Below are positions 9,606 to 19,425 of a DNA stretch of 59,814 nucleotides, one piece after another; position 1 is the first letter of the stretch; each line of letters begins with the position of its first letter. The translations under genes and the position numbers were made by a program. Source of the DNA: an uncultured virus (IMG/VR IMGVR_UViG_3300013004_000031) (Duplodnaviria > Heunggongvirae > Uroviricota > Caudoviricetes). Where the stretch lies: positions 62,001-121,814 of IMG/VR virus record IMGVR_UViG_3300013004_000031; one strand, 5' to 3'. The notes beneath the pieces were generated by a model. The model was not told the DNA's origin. It saw nothing but the letters and a program-made list of their open reading frames with translations, and ran no database searches.

Positions 9606-10751
9606 ATGAGTAAATTAAAAACAATAATCGACAAATCGTTGGAGAACGTGTTCTGGGTTTCCCATCAGGGGAAATTCCTTGGCTCTTCCGATTACCCCCA
9701 AGAATTTGAGCAGAAATATGGGAATATCTCCTATGTGTCTTTGGCAATAGATGACTATCTTTTTGACAAGCAGCAGCTTGAGAGAATCCATGATTTCCTG
9801 AGAAAATGGAAATTCGATGTCACACAACAATACAAGATCAACGAATACAACACGGGGTATTATTACTGCGACGATCTGACGCTTATGGTTCGGGCTACAT
9901 TTGGTATGCCGGAAGATAAGGTTGAGAAAGAGGATGATGAGGGGGAGGTTTTCTCGCCAAATAGTGGAGGGATCACTATTAGCTTTTCACCTCTGATTAA
10001 GAATAGAAAAAATATTGAGGAATTTTTGAAAGAATTTGTGGATGGGGAATTTCTGTTTCTCCCCACTTCTGAAAAGAACTTTTATATGATTGCTCAGACT
10101 CAGCATGGATTAACTAAGCAGAAAACGAGTTTTGCTGATATTGAAATTAAGGATGATAGATATGATCTATATTATGGAGAAGCGTTTCCAAAAGATAAAA
10201 TTATGAGCTTTGTTAAGGATAAACATCCAGAAAGTTTGCTACTTTTTCATGGGGTGCCGGGGTCTGGAAAATCTAACCTGATTAAAAATCTCATCACCGA
10301 ATGTGAAGATGATGTGATCTATATTCCACCCTCCATGGTATCGGTGATCTCCCAACCATCTTTCATATCATTCATGTTAGATAATCGCGGATGCATATTA
10401 TTAATCGAAGATGCGGAAGAAATATTATCAGTTGATAGGAATTCGGGAACACAAAATATTTTGGGTATGACCGATGGTTTCCTCCGCGACTGTATGGGTA
10501 TGCGTATCATTTGCACATTCAATTGCGATTTGAAAAAAGTTGATCCAGCCTTATTGCGTAAGGGTAGGCTCTACCTAGAATACCGTTTCGGAGAGCTTTC
10601 CATTAAAGATGGTCAGAGATTAGCTGATCATTGTAATCTTGATATTACAATTGACAAGGAAATGACACTGGCTGATATTTTCAATTATCATAAAGAAAAC
10701 ACTTCTACGAAGTCGTTTGAGGATCGTCCAATGGGGTTTGGGAATTTTTAA
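9606..10751 (+). CDS. AAA+ ATPase
   Basis: GVPGSGKS Walker A, LLIEDAE Walker B, DPALLRKGR arginine finger. Confidence 0.9.
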   Translation: MSKLKTIIDKSLENVFWVSHQGKFLGSSDYPQEFEQKYGNISYVSLAIDDYLFDKQQLERIHDFLRKWKFDVTQQYKINEYNTGYYYCDDLTLMVRATFGMPEDKVEKEDDEGEVFSPNSGGITISFSPLIKNRKNIEEFLKEFVDGEFLFLPTSEKNFYMIAQTQHGLTKQKTSFADIEIKDDRYDLYYGEAFPKDKIMSFVKDKHPESLLLFHGVPGSGKSNLIKNLITECEDDVIYIPPSMVSVISQPSFISFMLDNRGCILLIEDAEEILSVDRNSGTQNILGMTDGFLRDCMGMRIICTFNCDLKKVDPALLRKGRLYLEYRFGELSIKDGQRLADHCNLDITIDKEMTLADIFNYHKENTSTKSFEDRPMGFGNF

Positions 10752-11478
10752 TTTTGTTTCCGCCTATGGCATTTTTATTTCCCATCAAACTTTGAGAAAT
10801 TCTTTTTCTTCGTTCTTCTGGAACTGGGTTACCATAGCTTGGATTATTTTCACCGCTCAATTTTAGAGATAATTTTAATCTTTCGTTGGGGTCTTCGTAT
10901 CGTTTTCTCATTATTTCAGCAGTTTTTCTTTTTCCTTCTTCGGAATTAGCTCGGATTTTTTGTGATCTTCTCATATTTTCAATAGCTTCTGGAGAAGCTT
11001 TAACCCCCAATCTAGACTTTCTAATATTTTCCCTATGCTCTTCTGTGAATGGTTTCTTTTTCTTACCCTTCTTAGATAAGCTCATATTTATTCTAGCTTC
11101 AGGTGATGCTTTCTTTCCTAATTTAGCTAGTGACATTTTTTTTCTACTTTCTTCACTATATTTTCTTCCAGTATTATCTAAACCTCTAGTGCAAACATTA
11201 TACCCAAGTGGAACCAAACAATTATATTTTATTATTAATTGTTCTTCTAAGTCATGTAAAAATGTTTTATTGACATCTGGTAGGTAGTATATTTCTACGT
11301 GGAAATTATTAATACCATGTTTTTTAAAAGCTTTTGAAATAACTTGGTGTTTATGGGATCGGTGTTCACTTATTCGTTTATGGATATTCATCGTTTCCCC
11401 AATATAATACTTCCCATTCACCTCATTGCGAATGATATACACCCCCGGTTTGTTCTCAAATTTATCAGTTAGTCTCAT
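10705..11478 (-). CDS. GIY-YIG homing endonuclease with NUMOD3 repeats
   Basis: GVYIIRN...YYIGET; repeated SEESRKKMSLAKLG-type units. Confidence 0.9.
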   Translation of the reverse strand: MRLTDKFENKPGVYIIRNEVNGKYYIGETMNIHKRISEHRSHKHQVISKAFKKHGINNFHVEIYYLPDVNKTFLHDLEEQLIIKYNCLVPLGYNVCTRGLDNTGRKYSEESRKKMSLAKLGKKASPEARINMSLSKKGKKKKPFTEEHRENIRKSRLGVKASPEAIENMRRSQKIRANSEEGKRKTAEIMRKRYEDPNERLKLSLKLSGENNPSYGNPVPEERRKRISQSLMGNKNAIGGNKIKNSQTPLDDPQTTS

Positions 11479-11608
11479 TCAATTTATCCTCTAGTATTCT
11501 TTTGATATATTCGGTCATAGTCAGACCAGATTTCTTAGCAATTTTACGAATTTGTTCCTTCATCTCGGAAGTCACATACAGTTCTATTTTTTTCTTTATT
11601 GTTTCCAT
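11465..11608 (-). CDS. Small ribbon-helix-helix (CopG-like) DNA-binding protein
   Basis: METIKKKIELYVTSEMKEQIRKIAKKSGLTMTEYIKRILEDKLNETN (47 aa, absent from the ORF track); TAAGTA upstream. Confidence 0.7.
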   Translation of the reverse strand: METIKKKIELYVTSEMKEQIRKIAKKSGLTMTEYIKRILEDKLNETN

Positions 11609-11707
11609 ACTATATTACTTAGTAAATTTTAATGATTTTTCCATGATTTTTTCATAAAAAAGTTGAGAGAAGGTTATTATATTAAGTATTATCAGACCGT
11701 GTAAAAA

Positions 11708-12787
11708 ATGAACGATTACAATTACTTCTTTGAAAATTCCCAACTCCTCAACATGTTCGTTGCAGCGTTTGACGATGCATTCGTATATCGTTATGATGCT
11801 CGCACCCGTGTAGCAAAGGAGAAGATTGAGGTTCGATACGTCAATGGACCGAAACACCGTGTTCTCCTCGATCTGAGCGATAGAGCCAAGACACTCACCC
11901 TACCCGTGGTGACGATTGAGCAAACCTCATTGGCGCGTGATCCGTCCCGTATCCATAATAAAGGCCAATTTATTTACAGAAAACAGTTGGATTCCACGAA
12001 TCGGATGGCTAAAATTCCCCAACCAATTCCCGTAAATCTTACTCTGGATGTGAACATCATCTGCTATTTCAAGGAGGATTTGGATCAGATCATTCAGAAT
12101 TTCGTGGTGAATTGCAATCCATATATCATGGTTTCTTGGAAAATTCCTGAAAAATTCAACATGCCGTTCATTGATGAGATTCGTTCGGAAATTCAGTGGT
12201 CGGGAGATATTTCCTATGAAAATCCCAAGGACTTGTCTCCCGATGTGAAATGGAGAATTTCTGCTTCCACTTCTTTCACGGTCAAGGGATGGTTGTTCAA
12301 GGATTACAATCAGACCCAAGCACCAATCTATGTAATCAATGCTGACTTTCATGCGCTTCCGTTTAGCAGCCGCTTCTGTGATTACAATCTCTTTGATGCG
12401 ATCAGTGCTGAAGGAGTGGTGACGGATAGCGTATCAATCAGTGCATATCCAGAATTCACCAATTATTTCATCAACGGTATTCACCAAGGGGATTCTCTGG
12501 TTGTCACGGAATTGAATGACAGGAACTTCCAATTCTATGGTAAGCGATTTGGATATAATAACACTTGGTATCTATCAGGTGCTTATAATATTCCCGAATT
12601 GGTATATACGGAGATTGACACTGCCAAGTTCCCCACCATTTCCGCATACCAGTTACCAGAGAATGTGATTACCACAGTGAATGATAATATTGTCACGGTG
12701 TCGCTAAGTTCCAATTATTTTAGTAATTTGTCAGGAAATATGGTTTTTGTGACAGCTAATGATGCGGGATGGGTTGCATCCTATTAA
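11708..12787 (+). CDS. Tail terminator/sheath stabilizer (gp15-like)
   Basis: YVNGPK, TLPVVT, RDPSR, PIPVNL and EDLDQIIQN motifs. Confidence 0.8.
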   Translation: MNDYNYFFENSQLLNMFVAAFDDAFVYRYDARTRVAKEKIEVRYVNGPKHRVLLDLSDRAKTLTLPVVTIEQTSLARDPSRIHNKGQFIYRKQLDSTNRMAKIPQPIPVNLTLDVNIICYFKEDLDQIIQNFVVNCNPYIMVSWKIPEKFNMPFIDEIRSEIQWSGDISYENPKDLSPDVKWRISASTSFTVKGWLFKDYNQTQAPIYVINADFHALPFSSRFCDYNLFDAISAEGVVTDSVSISAYPEFTNYFINGIHQGDSLVVTELNDRNFQFYGKRFGYNNTWYLSGAYNIPELVYTEIDTAKFPTISAYQLPENVITTVNDNIVTVSLSSNYFSNLSGNMVFVTANDAGWVASY

Positions 12788-12813
12788 AAAAAACAATTCA
12801 ACTAAATAATATC

Positions 12814-13122
12814 ATGACTACGAAAGATCAATTTGCAATTTCAAATCTTATAACAGAGATGTATTCAGAACAATCAGGTATTGTTAAATTGGAGCAAGAT
12901 GAATTTGGAAATCTTTCGACCAGAACACCAGACGGTGAATTGGAAATGTTAATGGGATATTCTAGCGGTGGAGAACCAGTAACTTTCAAATTTCCAATGA
13001 GTGAGTATCAACAACAATATTTTTCCAATGCTTTGTATGATGCAATTGAGACTGGTATGTTACCATCGTCCACGACAGCAGTTCAATTACCAGATGGTTC
13101 CACTTTTGAAATACCTAAATAG
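12814..13122 (+). CDS. Hypothetical late protein
   Basis: TAAATA-N5-ATG at 12814. Confidence 0.7.
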   Translation: MTTKDQFAISNLITEMYSEQSGIVKLEQDEFGNLSTRTPDGELEMLMGYSSGGEPVTFKFPMSEYQQQYFSNALYDAIETGMLPSSTTAVQLPDGSTFEIPK

Positions 13123-13162
13123 ATTTCATTGAATAATTGAAGATTCCGCTTAAATAATAAGT

Positions 13163-14986
13163 ATGGCGGGTATCGGCAGTTCAACAACACCATCTTCAAA
13201 CAAACAATACCAAGGAACGGATGGTAAAGGTTCCACATTTGATAGGAACATGCAATCCTATTTGAAGAATCGCGGGAATTTCATTGAGAAGACTCCTGAC
13301 GAAGCGAAGAATACAAAATATAAATATTTCCAAAAGATTGGTTTACGCAGACCGGAAGCGATTGCTAGAAATTCCGTAGCTCTCAATAACGACTGGAACA
13401 ACACTGCATTTTCCGCAATTTACCAAGACAAGTCCTTTACGGATTTGATGTATTCCCAAGCTTCGGAGGAAAAACCGGGGCGTTTGCGGGACTACCGCAT
13501 GATTGCCGCTTACTCTGAAGTGGCGGATGCCATGGATGAGATTTGCGATGAGACGATCAATGTGGATGAGAACGGAGAGATTGTAACTCTAGAAATCCGT
13601 AATACTGATCTGGAATCGGAAAAGAAAGAGGAGATTGAGAAGGAATTCTCCCGTTTCGTTGCCATGATGGAACTGGAAGACAATGGTTGGAATTATTTCC
13701 GCCAATTTCTTATTGAAGGCGAACTGTTCTTTGAATTGATTCTAAAAGATGATTATATCAAACAAGGGGTAGTTGCCATCAAAAACCTCCCTGCTGAACA
13801 ATTTGATCCTGTATATGACAACATTCAGACGATGTTGGTGAAAGCGTTCATTTACAAGAAGCCAATCTTCTCTTCGGTGGATAATAAAAAGGTAGAACGC
13901 TATGAATACATTCCCTTTGAACAAAACCAAGTCCTCTATGTGAACAGTGGGCAATATAATGAAACCAAGGATTTTATCATTCCTTTCATTGAGAATTGCC
14001 GTAGAGCTTACAGACAGCTTTCCATGATTGAGGATTCCGTGGTGATCCACAGAATGGTTCATGCGCCCCTCCGCTTCCTCTTCAACGTGGATGTGGGAAG
14101 ATTGCCCGTCCCCGCAGCAGAAGCCTACCTACGCAAGCTACAGAGCCAATACTGGTCAACCAAGACGTTTGACATGGATCAGGGAGATATTGTCAAGAAA
14201 TACGCACCTCAATCCACGCTTGATTCATTCTGGTTTGCCAAGAGACAAGGACAAGAGGCAACTACAGTTGAAACATTTGGGGGTCAAATGTCGGATGGTA
14301 ATATGGAACCTCTTGATTGGTTCATCAAGAAATTATATCGTTCTCTCAAGACTCCAACTTCTCGTTTGAATAATGAAACGGGTTATAATGATGGAACGGA
14401 GATGCTTCGGGAAGAACTGAAGTTTGCCAAGATGATCATTCGTCAACAACAACGCTTTGCCCAAGGTATCAAGAGAGCGTTTATCACACACCTCAAGTTC
14501 AAGGACATGTTCGATGATTGGGATTTGTTCGATGACAATATCCGCGTGGAATTCAATGTTCCCACCAATTTCTATGATATGCGGGAGAGCCAGAAGCTCA
14601 ATCTTAAGATTGAGACTTTCAATAACATTACGGGTAATGAAATGGTATCCACGATTTATGCCATGAAGAAATATCTGGATTGGAGAGATTCCGATATCCT
14701 TGCCAACCTACATTTCAAGAAGGTGGAAGCGGAACACATGTTTGAAATCGAACAAATAAAAACACTCGGACCCAACTACAAAGAGTTATTAGCTCAACAA
14801 GCTGGAGGCGAAGCTGGTGGTGATATGGGAGCCATGGGAGGATCAAGTGGAGGTGGTGGGATGCCTCCAGATTTTGGAGGCTCTGGCGCAGCTATAACTG
14901 ATTCAGAAGCTCCAAATGTCGAAGCTCCACTCGATCAAGCAGAAACGCCGGAAGCTCCGTCCAATGAACCAGAGATGGGTGTCTAA
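13163..14986 (+). CDS. Portal protein (gp20-like)
   Basis: EDSVVIHRMVHAPLR, DVGRLP, AEAYL, KKLYRSLKTPTSRL, REELKF. Confidence 0.95.
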   Translation: MAGIGSSTTPSSNKQYQGTDGKGSTFDRNMQSYLKNRGNFIEKTPDEAKNTKYKYFQKIGLRRPEAIARNSVALNNDWNNTAFSAIYQDKSFTDLMYSQASEEKPGRLRDYRMIAAYSEVADAMDEICDETINVDENGEIVTLEIRNTDLESEKKEEIEKEFSRFVAMMELEDNGWNYFRQFLIEGELFFELILKDDYIKQGVVAIKNLPAEQFDPVYDNIQTMLVKAFIYKKPIFSSVDNKKVERYEYIPFEQNQVLYVNSGQYNETKDFIIPFIENCRRAYRQLSMIEDSVVIHRMVHAPLRFLFNVDVGRLPVPAAEAYLRKLQSQYWSTKTFDMDQGDIVKKYAPQSTLDSFWFAKRQGQEATTVETFGGQMSDGNMEPLDWFIKKLYRSLKTPTSRLNNETGYNDGTEMLREELKFAKMIIRQQQRFAQGIKRAFITHLKFKDMFDDWDLFDDNIRVEFNVPTNFYDMRESQKLNLKIETFNNITGNEMVSTIYAMKKYLDWRDSDILANLHFKKVEAEHMFEIEQIKTLGPNYKELLAQQAGGEAGGDMGAMGGSSGGGGMPPDFGGSGAAITDSEAPNVEAPLDQAETPEAPSNEPEMGV

Positions 14987-16025
14987 ATTTTAAATTAGCT
15001 CTCTTACTGTCGTTAAGAGACTCTGGTATTGTTTGGAGATTTCCATGGTGATGATAACCTCCTTTGGTTAGAGGTAAGATATGATCAACATTATATTTGA
15101 TACCTAGACAATCTTCCAGCCTGATTCGCATATCAACATATGTTTTTTCAATGTTTTGATCGTGATTAGGATGTGTTGCGTTCTTTTTTAACGCTCGTCT
15201 TTTACTATTTCTCAATAATACCTTATCCCAATTATTTTTATCCCAATTATTCTTTTTAATATTTAATTGTTCTTTATTATTTTTATAATATTCAGAAAAT
15301 TTTTTGTTGTGGCAAGCTTCACAATAAGACGATCTATTTTTAAATTTTTTATGTAATATACAAAAGCTATCAATTGGGGAAATTTGATCGCATGAGTAAC
15401 ATTTTTTATTACCACTCATTTCTAATTTTACATTTTCTATTTGTAATGCCTTGTCCCATAAAAATTCTGGAGTGTCCCCCCAATATTTTAATATGGGATT
15501 ATCGTGCTTAATTAATTTATTGGCTATTCCCTCGAATGATTTTGGTATAACTTGAATATTTTGGTGATGATGATAACCTCCTTTATTCATTGGGATTATT
15601 TTATGTAATATAAATTTAACACCTAAACATTTTTGCAATCTAATTTTCATTTCTATTAAAACAGCTTCTATCTTCGGATCATGTTGTTCGTGATAAGCAT
15701 CGTTTTTAATTGCATTCGTCTTATAAGAACCCAATTGTCTAATCACCGGATTCTTCAATTTATAATTTTTAGAACGGAGTAATTCCTTTTCCAAATTCTT
15801 TTCTCTATATATTTTACCTCTCTCTATACAAAGCTCACGGTTTTCTTCTCTGTATTTTACCATATAAGCATCATGACGATCTTTATTTTTCAATCTCCAT
15901 TCACGTTTTCGTTCTTTCCCACATTCAATACATTCATATTGCAAACCATCAGGACTTTTGGAAGATTTTGTAAATAAATTTAATGATAACTCACTTTTAC
16001 ATCTAGTGCATTCCTTCGTATTCAT
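14892..16025 (-). CDS. HNH homing endonuclease with a duplicated Zn-finger/HNH module
   Basis: VDHILPLTKGGYHHHGNLQ...N in the second half; degenerate copy in the first half. Confidence 0.85.
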   Translation of the reverse strand: MNTKECTRCKSELSLNLFTKSSKSPDGLQYECIECGKERKREWRLKNKDRHDAYMVKYREENRELCIERGKIYREKNLEKELLRSKNYKLKNPVIRQLGSYKTNAIKNDAYHEQHDPKIEAVLIEMKIRLQKCLGVKFILHKIIPMNKGGYHHHQNIQVIPKSFEGIANKLIKHDNPILKYWGDTPEFLWDKALQIENVKLEMSGNKKCYSCDQISPIDSFCILHKKFKNRSSYCEACHNKKFSEYYKNNKEQLNIKKNNWDKNNWDKVLLRNSKRRALKKNATHPNHDQNIEKTYVDMRIRLEDCLGIKYNVDHILPLTKGGYHHHGNLQTIPESLNDSKRANLKFRHPSLVHWTELPAFLLDRVELRHLELLNQL

Positions 16026-16098
16026 ATTAATATTTAACTAAACGGATCAAACTGGAAAGAAAAAATTGTGATAAATCACCATCAAATTAAATATTATC

Positions 16099-16518
16099 AT
16101 GACTTCCCACGACTTCAAAAATCTAGCACTATTATATGAAAGTATGGAAAACCATACCATGTCTCTGAACGATATTTATGGTGATATTGAATATGATGTT
16201 CCTGAAAACGAGGCACTTTATAGTGCTGTTGACCCCGAAATAGGGGATATCCAAATTCCGATCAAAACACTATCACCAGATCAATTGTTGAAATTGACGA
16301 CATATAAAGATGATACCACGGTATTTCAAGCATATAAAGATTTTGCTGATAGGGATCAGAAGCAAATCGTAAATCATTACAAGAAAAATTTAAATGAATT
16401 ACACGATAACCCAATCGTCATTAATAATAACACGGCTTTGGATGGGTATCATCGAATTATTGCAGCTATTTTGATGAAACAATCTTTGAAAGTATTGGAT
16501 GTGTCGGATATACAGTAG
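16099..16518 (+). CDS. ParB/Srx-like domain protein
   Basis: PIVI...LDGYHR motif; TAAATA-N5-ATG. Confidence 0.65.
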   Translation: MTSHDFKNLALLYESMENHTMSLNDIYGDIEYDVPENEALYSAVDPEIGDIQIPIKTLSPDQLLKLTTYKDDTTVFQAYKDFADRDQKQIVNHYKKNLNELHDNPIVINNNTALDGYHRIIAAILMKQSLKVLDVSDIQ

Positions 16519-16519
16519 T

Positions 16520-17194
16520 TTAATTTAAAGGAATGCCATAAGTCTTGGCATATTCTTTCGATTTCTGGTCAAAAGGATAAATTGTCCCATGCCACAGGAA
16601 ATCGTTTCCCGAATCGATTGCCCCCAAAGGACGGACTTTCACAATCCACTCGCCCATATATTCGCCTTTGGAGTTTTTAAATTTTAATTTACCAGAAAAC
16701 TGTGAAAATACATCGGTTGAATCCTCCCATCTACGCATGTAATCATCAAGTTGATGTTCGTCTTCCACGAAATTTTTCCAATTTAATCTAAGCAATTCTT
16801 CTGATGATGTTGCACACAGATTACAATATGCTTCATTCACCATAATATTAAGACCTTTGGAGGTAACTCTAAACGATGGTTTGGGATTGAGCCAAAACAT
16901 AGCCTCTATTTCAGCTTTGATTATTTTCACAGAATCCCGCATGGAACCCCCACCATTCGGGGATATTTCATATTCAACATTTTTTAAACGATCATCAATA
17001 TTTGACACAGTTCCTTGAATATTTTTTAAAGATTCTGGTATGGAATTCCGAGATTTAATATATTCCTGACGTTCCTTATATTTTTCGACAATAAAAGTCC
17101 TGAGTTGTTTCCAAGTCAATATAATGGCACCAATCGCCCCTAGAATAATTTTTATAAAATTGGCGTGTTGTTGAACAAAATCGTAAAAATCCAT
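16520..17194 (-). CDS. Membrane-anchored PAS-domain protein
   Basis: N-terminal TM (IILGAIGAIIL), coiled coil, PNGGGSMRD, PAS-like VNEAYCNL...ELL...W.NFV...D. Confidence 0.65.
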   Translation of the reverse strand: MDFYDFVQQHANFIKIILGAIGAIILTWKQLRTFIVEKYKERQEYIKSRNSIPESLKNIQGTVSNIDDRLKNVEYEISPNGGGSMRDSVKIIKAEIEAMFWLNPKPSFRVTSKGLNIMVNEAYCNLCATSSEELLRLNWKNFVEDEHQLDDYMRRWEDSTDVFSQFSGKLKFKNSKGEYMGEWIVKVRPLGAIDSGNDFLWHGTIYPFDQKSKEYAKTYGIPLN

Positions 17195-17211
17195 AATATT
17201 ATTTATGAAAG

Positions 17212-17508
17212 TTAATCACAAAAGCTCACACAGTTGAACGCGGAATTATAATAATATTTTGTTCCATTGTTTTCTTCAGCATTCCAACCCGAATCAGTGG
17301 GTCTATCACAGTCATAGAAGTAGAATTGACTCCCATTATTGGACGATGGGTGGATGTAAGTGGTGTCCTGCCCCCAGAGGATGAAATCGTTGGCAGATAG
17401 GTAATAATACGCGGAACCGTTGTTGGTATTAGCATTCCAACCTGAAACGGTGGGGATGCCGCAGGATAATTCGTAATAAATGGAACCGTTGTTTGATTCA
17501 AAGGACAT
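17212..17508 (-). CDS. Small repeat protein (4 x NNGSxYYY-like)
   Basis: TAAGTA-N5-ATG at 17508; internal repeats. Confidence 0.65.
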   Translation of the reverse strand: MSFESNNGSIYYELSCGIPTVSGWNANTNNGSAYYYLSANDFILWGQDTTYIHPSSNNGSQFYFYDCDRPTDSGWNAEENNGTKYYYNSAFNCVSFCD

Positions 17509-17536
17509 AATAATACTTAACAGATTAAATAAGATT

Positions 17537-18676
17537 ATGAGCTTATGCCAAGTTGAACCAATTTCCGCTTTCATGTCCACCAATCTCAATTCCAAGATTG
17601 AGTGTTACCAGCGTTTGGGAGAGAGGATTCTGAGAACCTTGGGACATCCCATGATTAATGTGGAGTTACATTACGATCAGTTACACGAAGCCATATCAAT
17701 GGCGGTTGACTTCTATACAGTATATAGTGGTTACACTAAAGAATATCTTATTTTTGACAGCCGATTGTATGAGGGTAACAAAGGCTTACGATTGGATCAT
17801 CTTTTCACAGTTGCCAATTCGGGATACACACCATCGGAAAAGCTCAATGATAAGAGAACCGGACCACAACCGGATTATGAAGTGACTCTCCCAACTCCTT
17901 TATATGTTTCCCTTTCCACAATTCCCAGCGCATATTTCACAGCTTCTTCAGCATTAAGCGGAGTGGTTCCTTCCGATGGCATTACTTCCATGCAAATTAT
18001 TGACCAAACTACTTACGATCTTCTAGTGGGATTCAATGCTGGTTTGAGTGTGCTGTTCCAACAATCCTATCAAAAACCGTTCACGATACAGTGTGAACAA
18101 CAGGATGATGTGAACACATTCAATAATATGTTTGATTATGATGTCATGGATTACCGCAAAGTAGTTGATGTTATTTCTTTTGAGGAAGGTTCTTCCACAG
18201 GTGTAAACACATTGTTTTCCGTGGAACAAACCATGGCTCAACAAAGTTATCACGCTTATTCGCTGGGTAACTATGGATTTGATATTCTATCTTGGCACAC
18301 CGTCAAGGATTGGATTGATACCCGCGAAAAAATGTTTGCTACTCGTCGGGACATCTATTTTGATGCAAGAACACAATATCTCCGTTTAATACCTCAACCG
18401 AAAAACACTCAATTTTTTGGCTTGCTCACTTGCTACGTGGAAAAACCTTTAAGAGATTTGATCAAGGAGAAGTGGATTTTGGAATACGCCACCGCCATGT
18501 CTAAGATCATGTGGGGACGGATACTCACTAAGATATCCGGTGTTACTTTACCCGGAGGTGGTTCCATTGATGGTTCCAGCATTCTTTCGGAAGGATTGGA
18601 AGCGAAAAAAGAATTGGAACAATTCTTAATTGAAGGTGGATTCTCAACGGACCCTCCCTTGATGCTCGTGATGTGA
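17537..18676 (+). CDS. Neck protein (gp13-like)
   Basis: LRTLGHPMINVEL, WILEYATA, GVTLPGG, C-terminal PP motif; TAAATA-N5-ATG at 17537. Confidence 0.85.
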   Translation: MSLCQVEPISAFMSTNLNSKIECYQRLGERILRTLGHPMINVELHYDQLHEAISMAVDFYTVYSGYTKEYLIFDSRLYEGNKGLRLDHLFTVANSGYTPSEKLNDKRTGPQPDYEVTLPTPLYVSLSTIPSAYFTASSALSGVVPSDGITSMQIIDQTTYDLLVGFNAGLSVLFQQSYQKPFTIQCEQQDDVNTFNNMFDYDVMDYRKVVDVISFEEGSSTGVNTLFSVEQTMAQQSYHAYSLGNYGFDILSWHTVKDWIDTREKMFATRRDIYFDARTQYLRLIPQPKNTQFFGLLTCYVEKPLRDLIKEKWILEYATAMSKIMWGRILTKISGVTLPGGGSIDGSSILSEGLEAKKELEQFLIEGGFSTDPPLMLVM

Positions 18677-18697
18677 GATACCTTATTAAGTATTGTT

Positions 18698-19423
18698 GTG
18701 TTTATTCGTGGATCAGGGGCGGGCAATGAGGCGAAAAGGAACGACGAATCGTTCTACCGTGGAATTGTGGTCAAGAACAACGATCCCCTGAAAATGAATC
18801 GGGTTAAGATATTCATTCCCGAATTATCCAACCAACCTTTTGAGGAATGGTTTGAGAAATATGAGGAAATGAATATTCAAAGACCCGGACTCAACAACCC
18901 CGAAGACACTTGGGTTGATATCAAGATTTACGAAGAGATTTCCAAACACATTCCATGGGCGGAACCGTGTTATCCTCTGATGGGAGAATCCGGTAATGGA
19001 CGATACTTCAAACAGGATGGGGATGGTTTGGCTGTTATAACGGACAGTAACTATTCGGAGACTTACGAAAATAATAATACTGAAGTCCCAACTTTAAGCG
19101 GGGGATCGTTCTCCCCTTCATTTTTATATGAAAACATGGATACCATGGTATCCGATGCGTTTGCCAATCCTCTTGATGTTTTCGCTGTCAAATGCAATCC
19201 CTATGCTTTTGGATATAAATCGAATAATTTCACAAACAAATCCAAGGGAATGTTCGGTATTCCCGAAGTGGGTTCCAAGGTTTGGGTGTTCCATTATCTG
19301 GGAGATTTAAACTTTCCCATTTACTTTGGAGTGTCGCAGGATTTCCGTGGACTGACACTGATAAATAGAACCGACAATGATAATAAAATTTCCCCTTATT
19401 ATCCAAACGATTTTGAGAATTGA
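18698..19423 (+). CDS. Baseplate hub gp5-like, N-terminal OB-fold part
   Basis: YRGIVVKNNDPLKMNRVKI, IPWA, IPEVGSKVWVF...PIYFG; TAAGTA-N5-GTG. Confidence 0.8.
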   Translation: MFIRGSGAGNEAKRNDESFYRGIVVKNNDPLKMNRVKIFIPELSNQPFEEWFEKYEEMNIQRPGLNNPEDTWVDIKIYEEISKHIPWAEPCYPLMGESGNGRYFKQDGDGLAVITDSNYSETYENNNTEVPTLSGGSFSPSFLYENMDTMVSDAFANPLDVFAVKCNPYAFGYKSNNFTNKSKGMFGIPEVGSKVWVFHYLGDLNFPIYFGVSQDFRGLTLINRTDNDNKISPYYPNDFEN

Positions 19424-19425
19424 TT

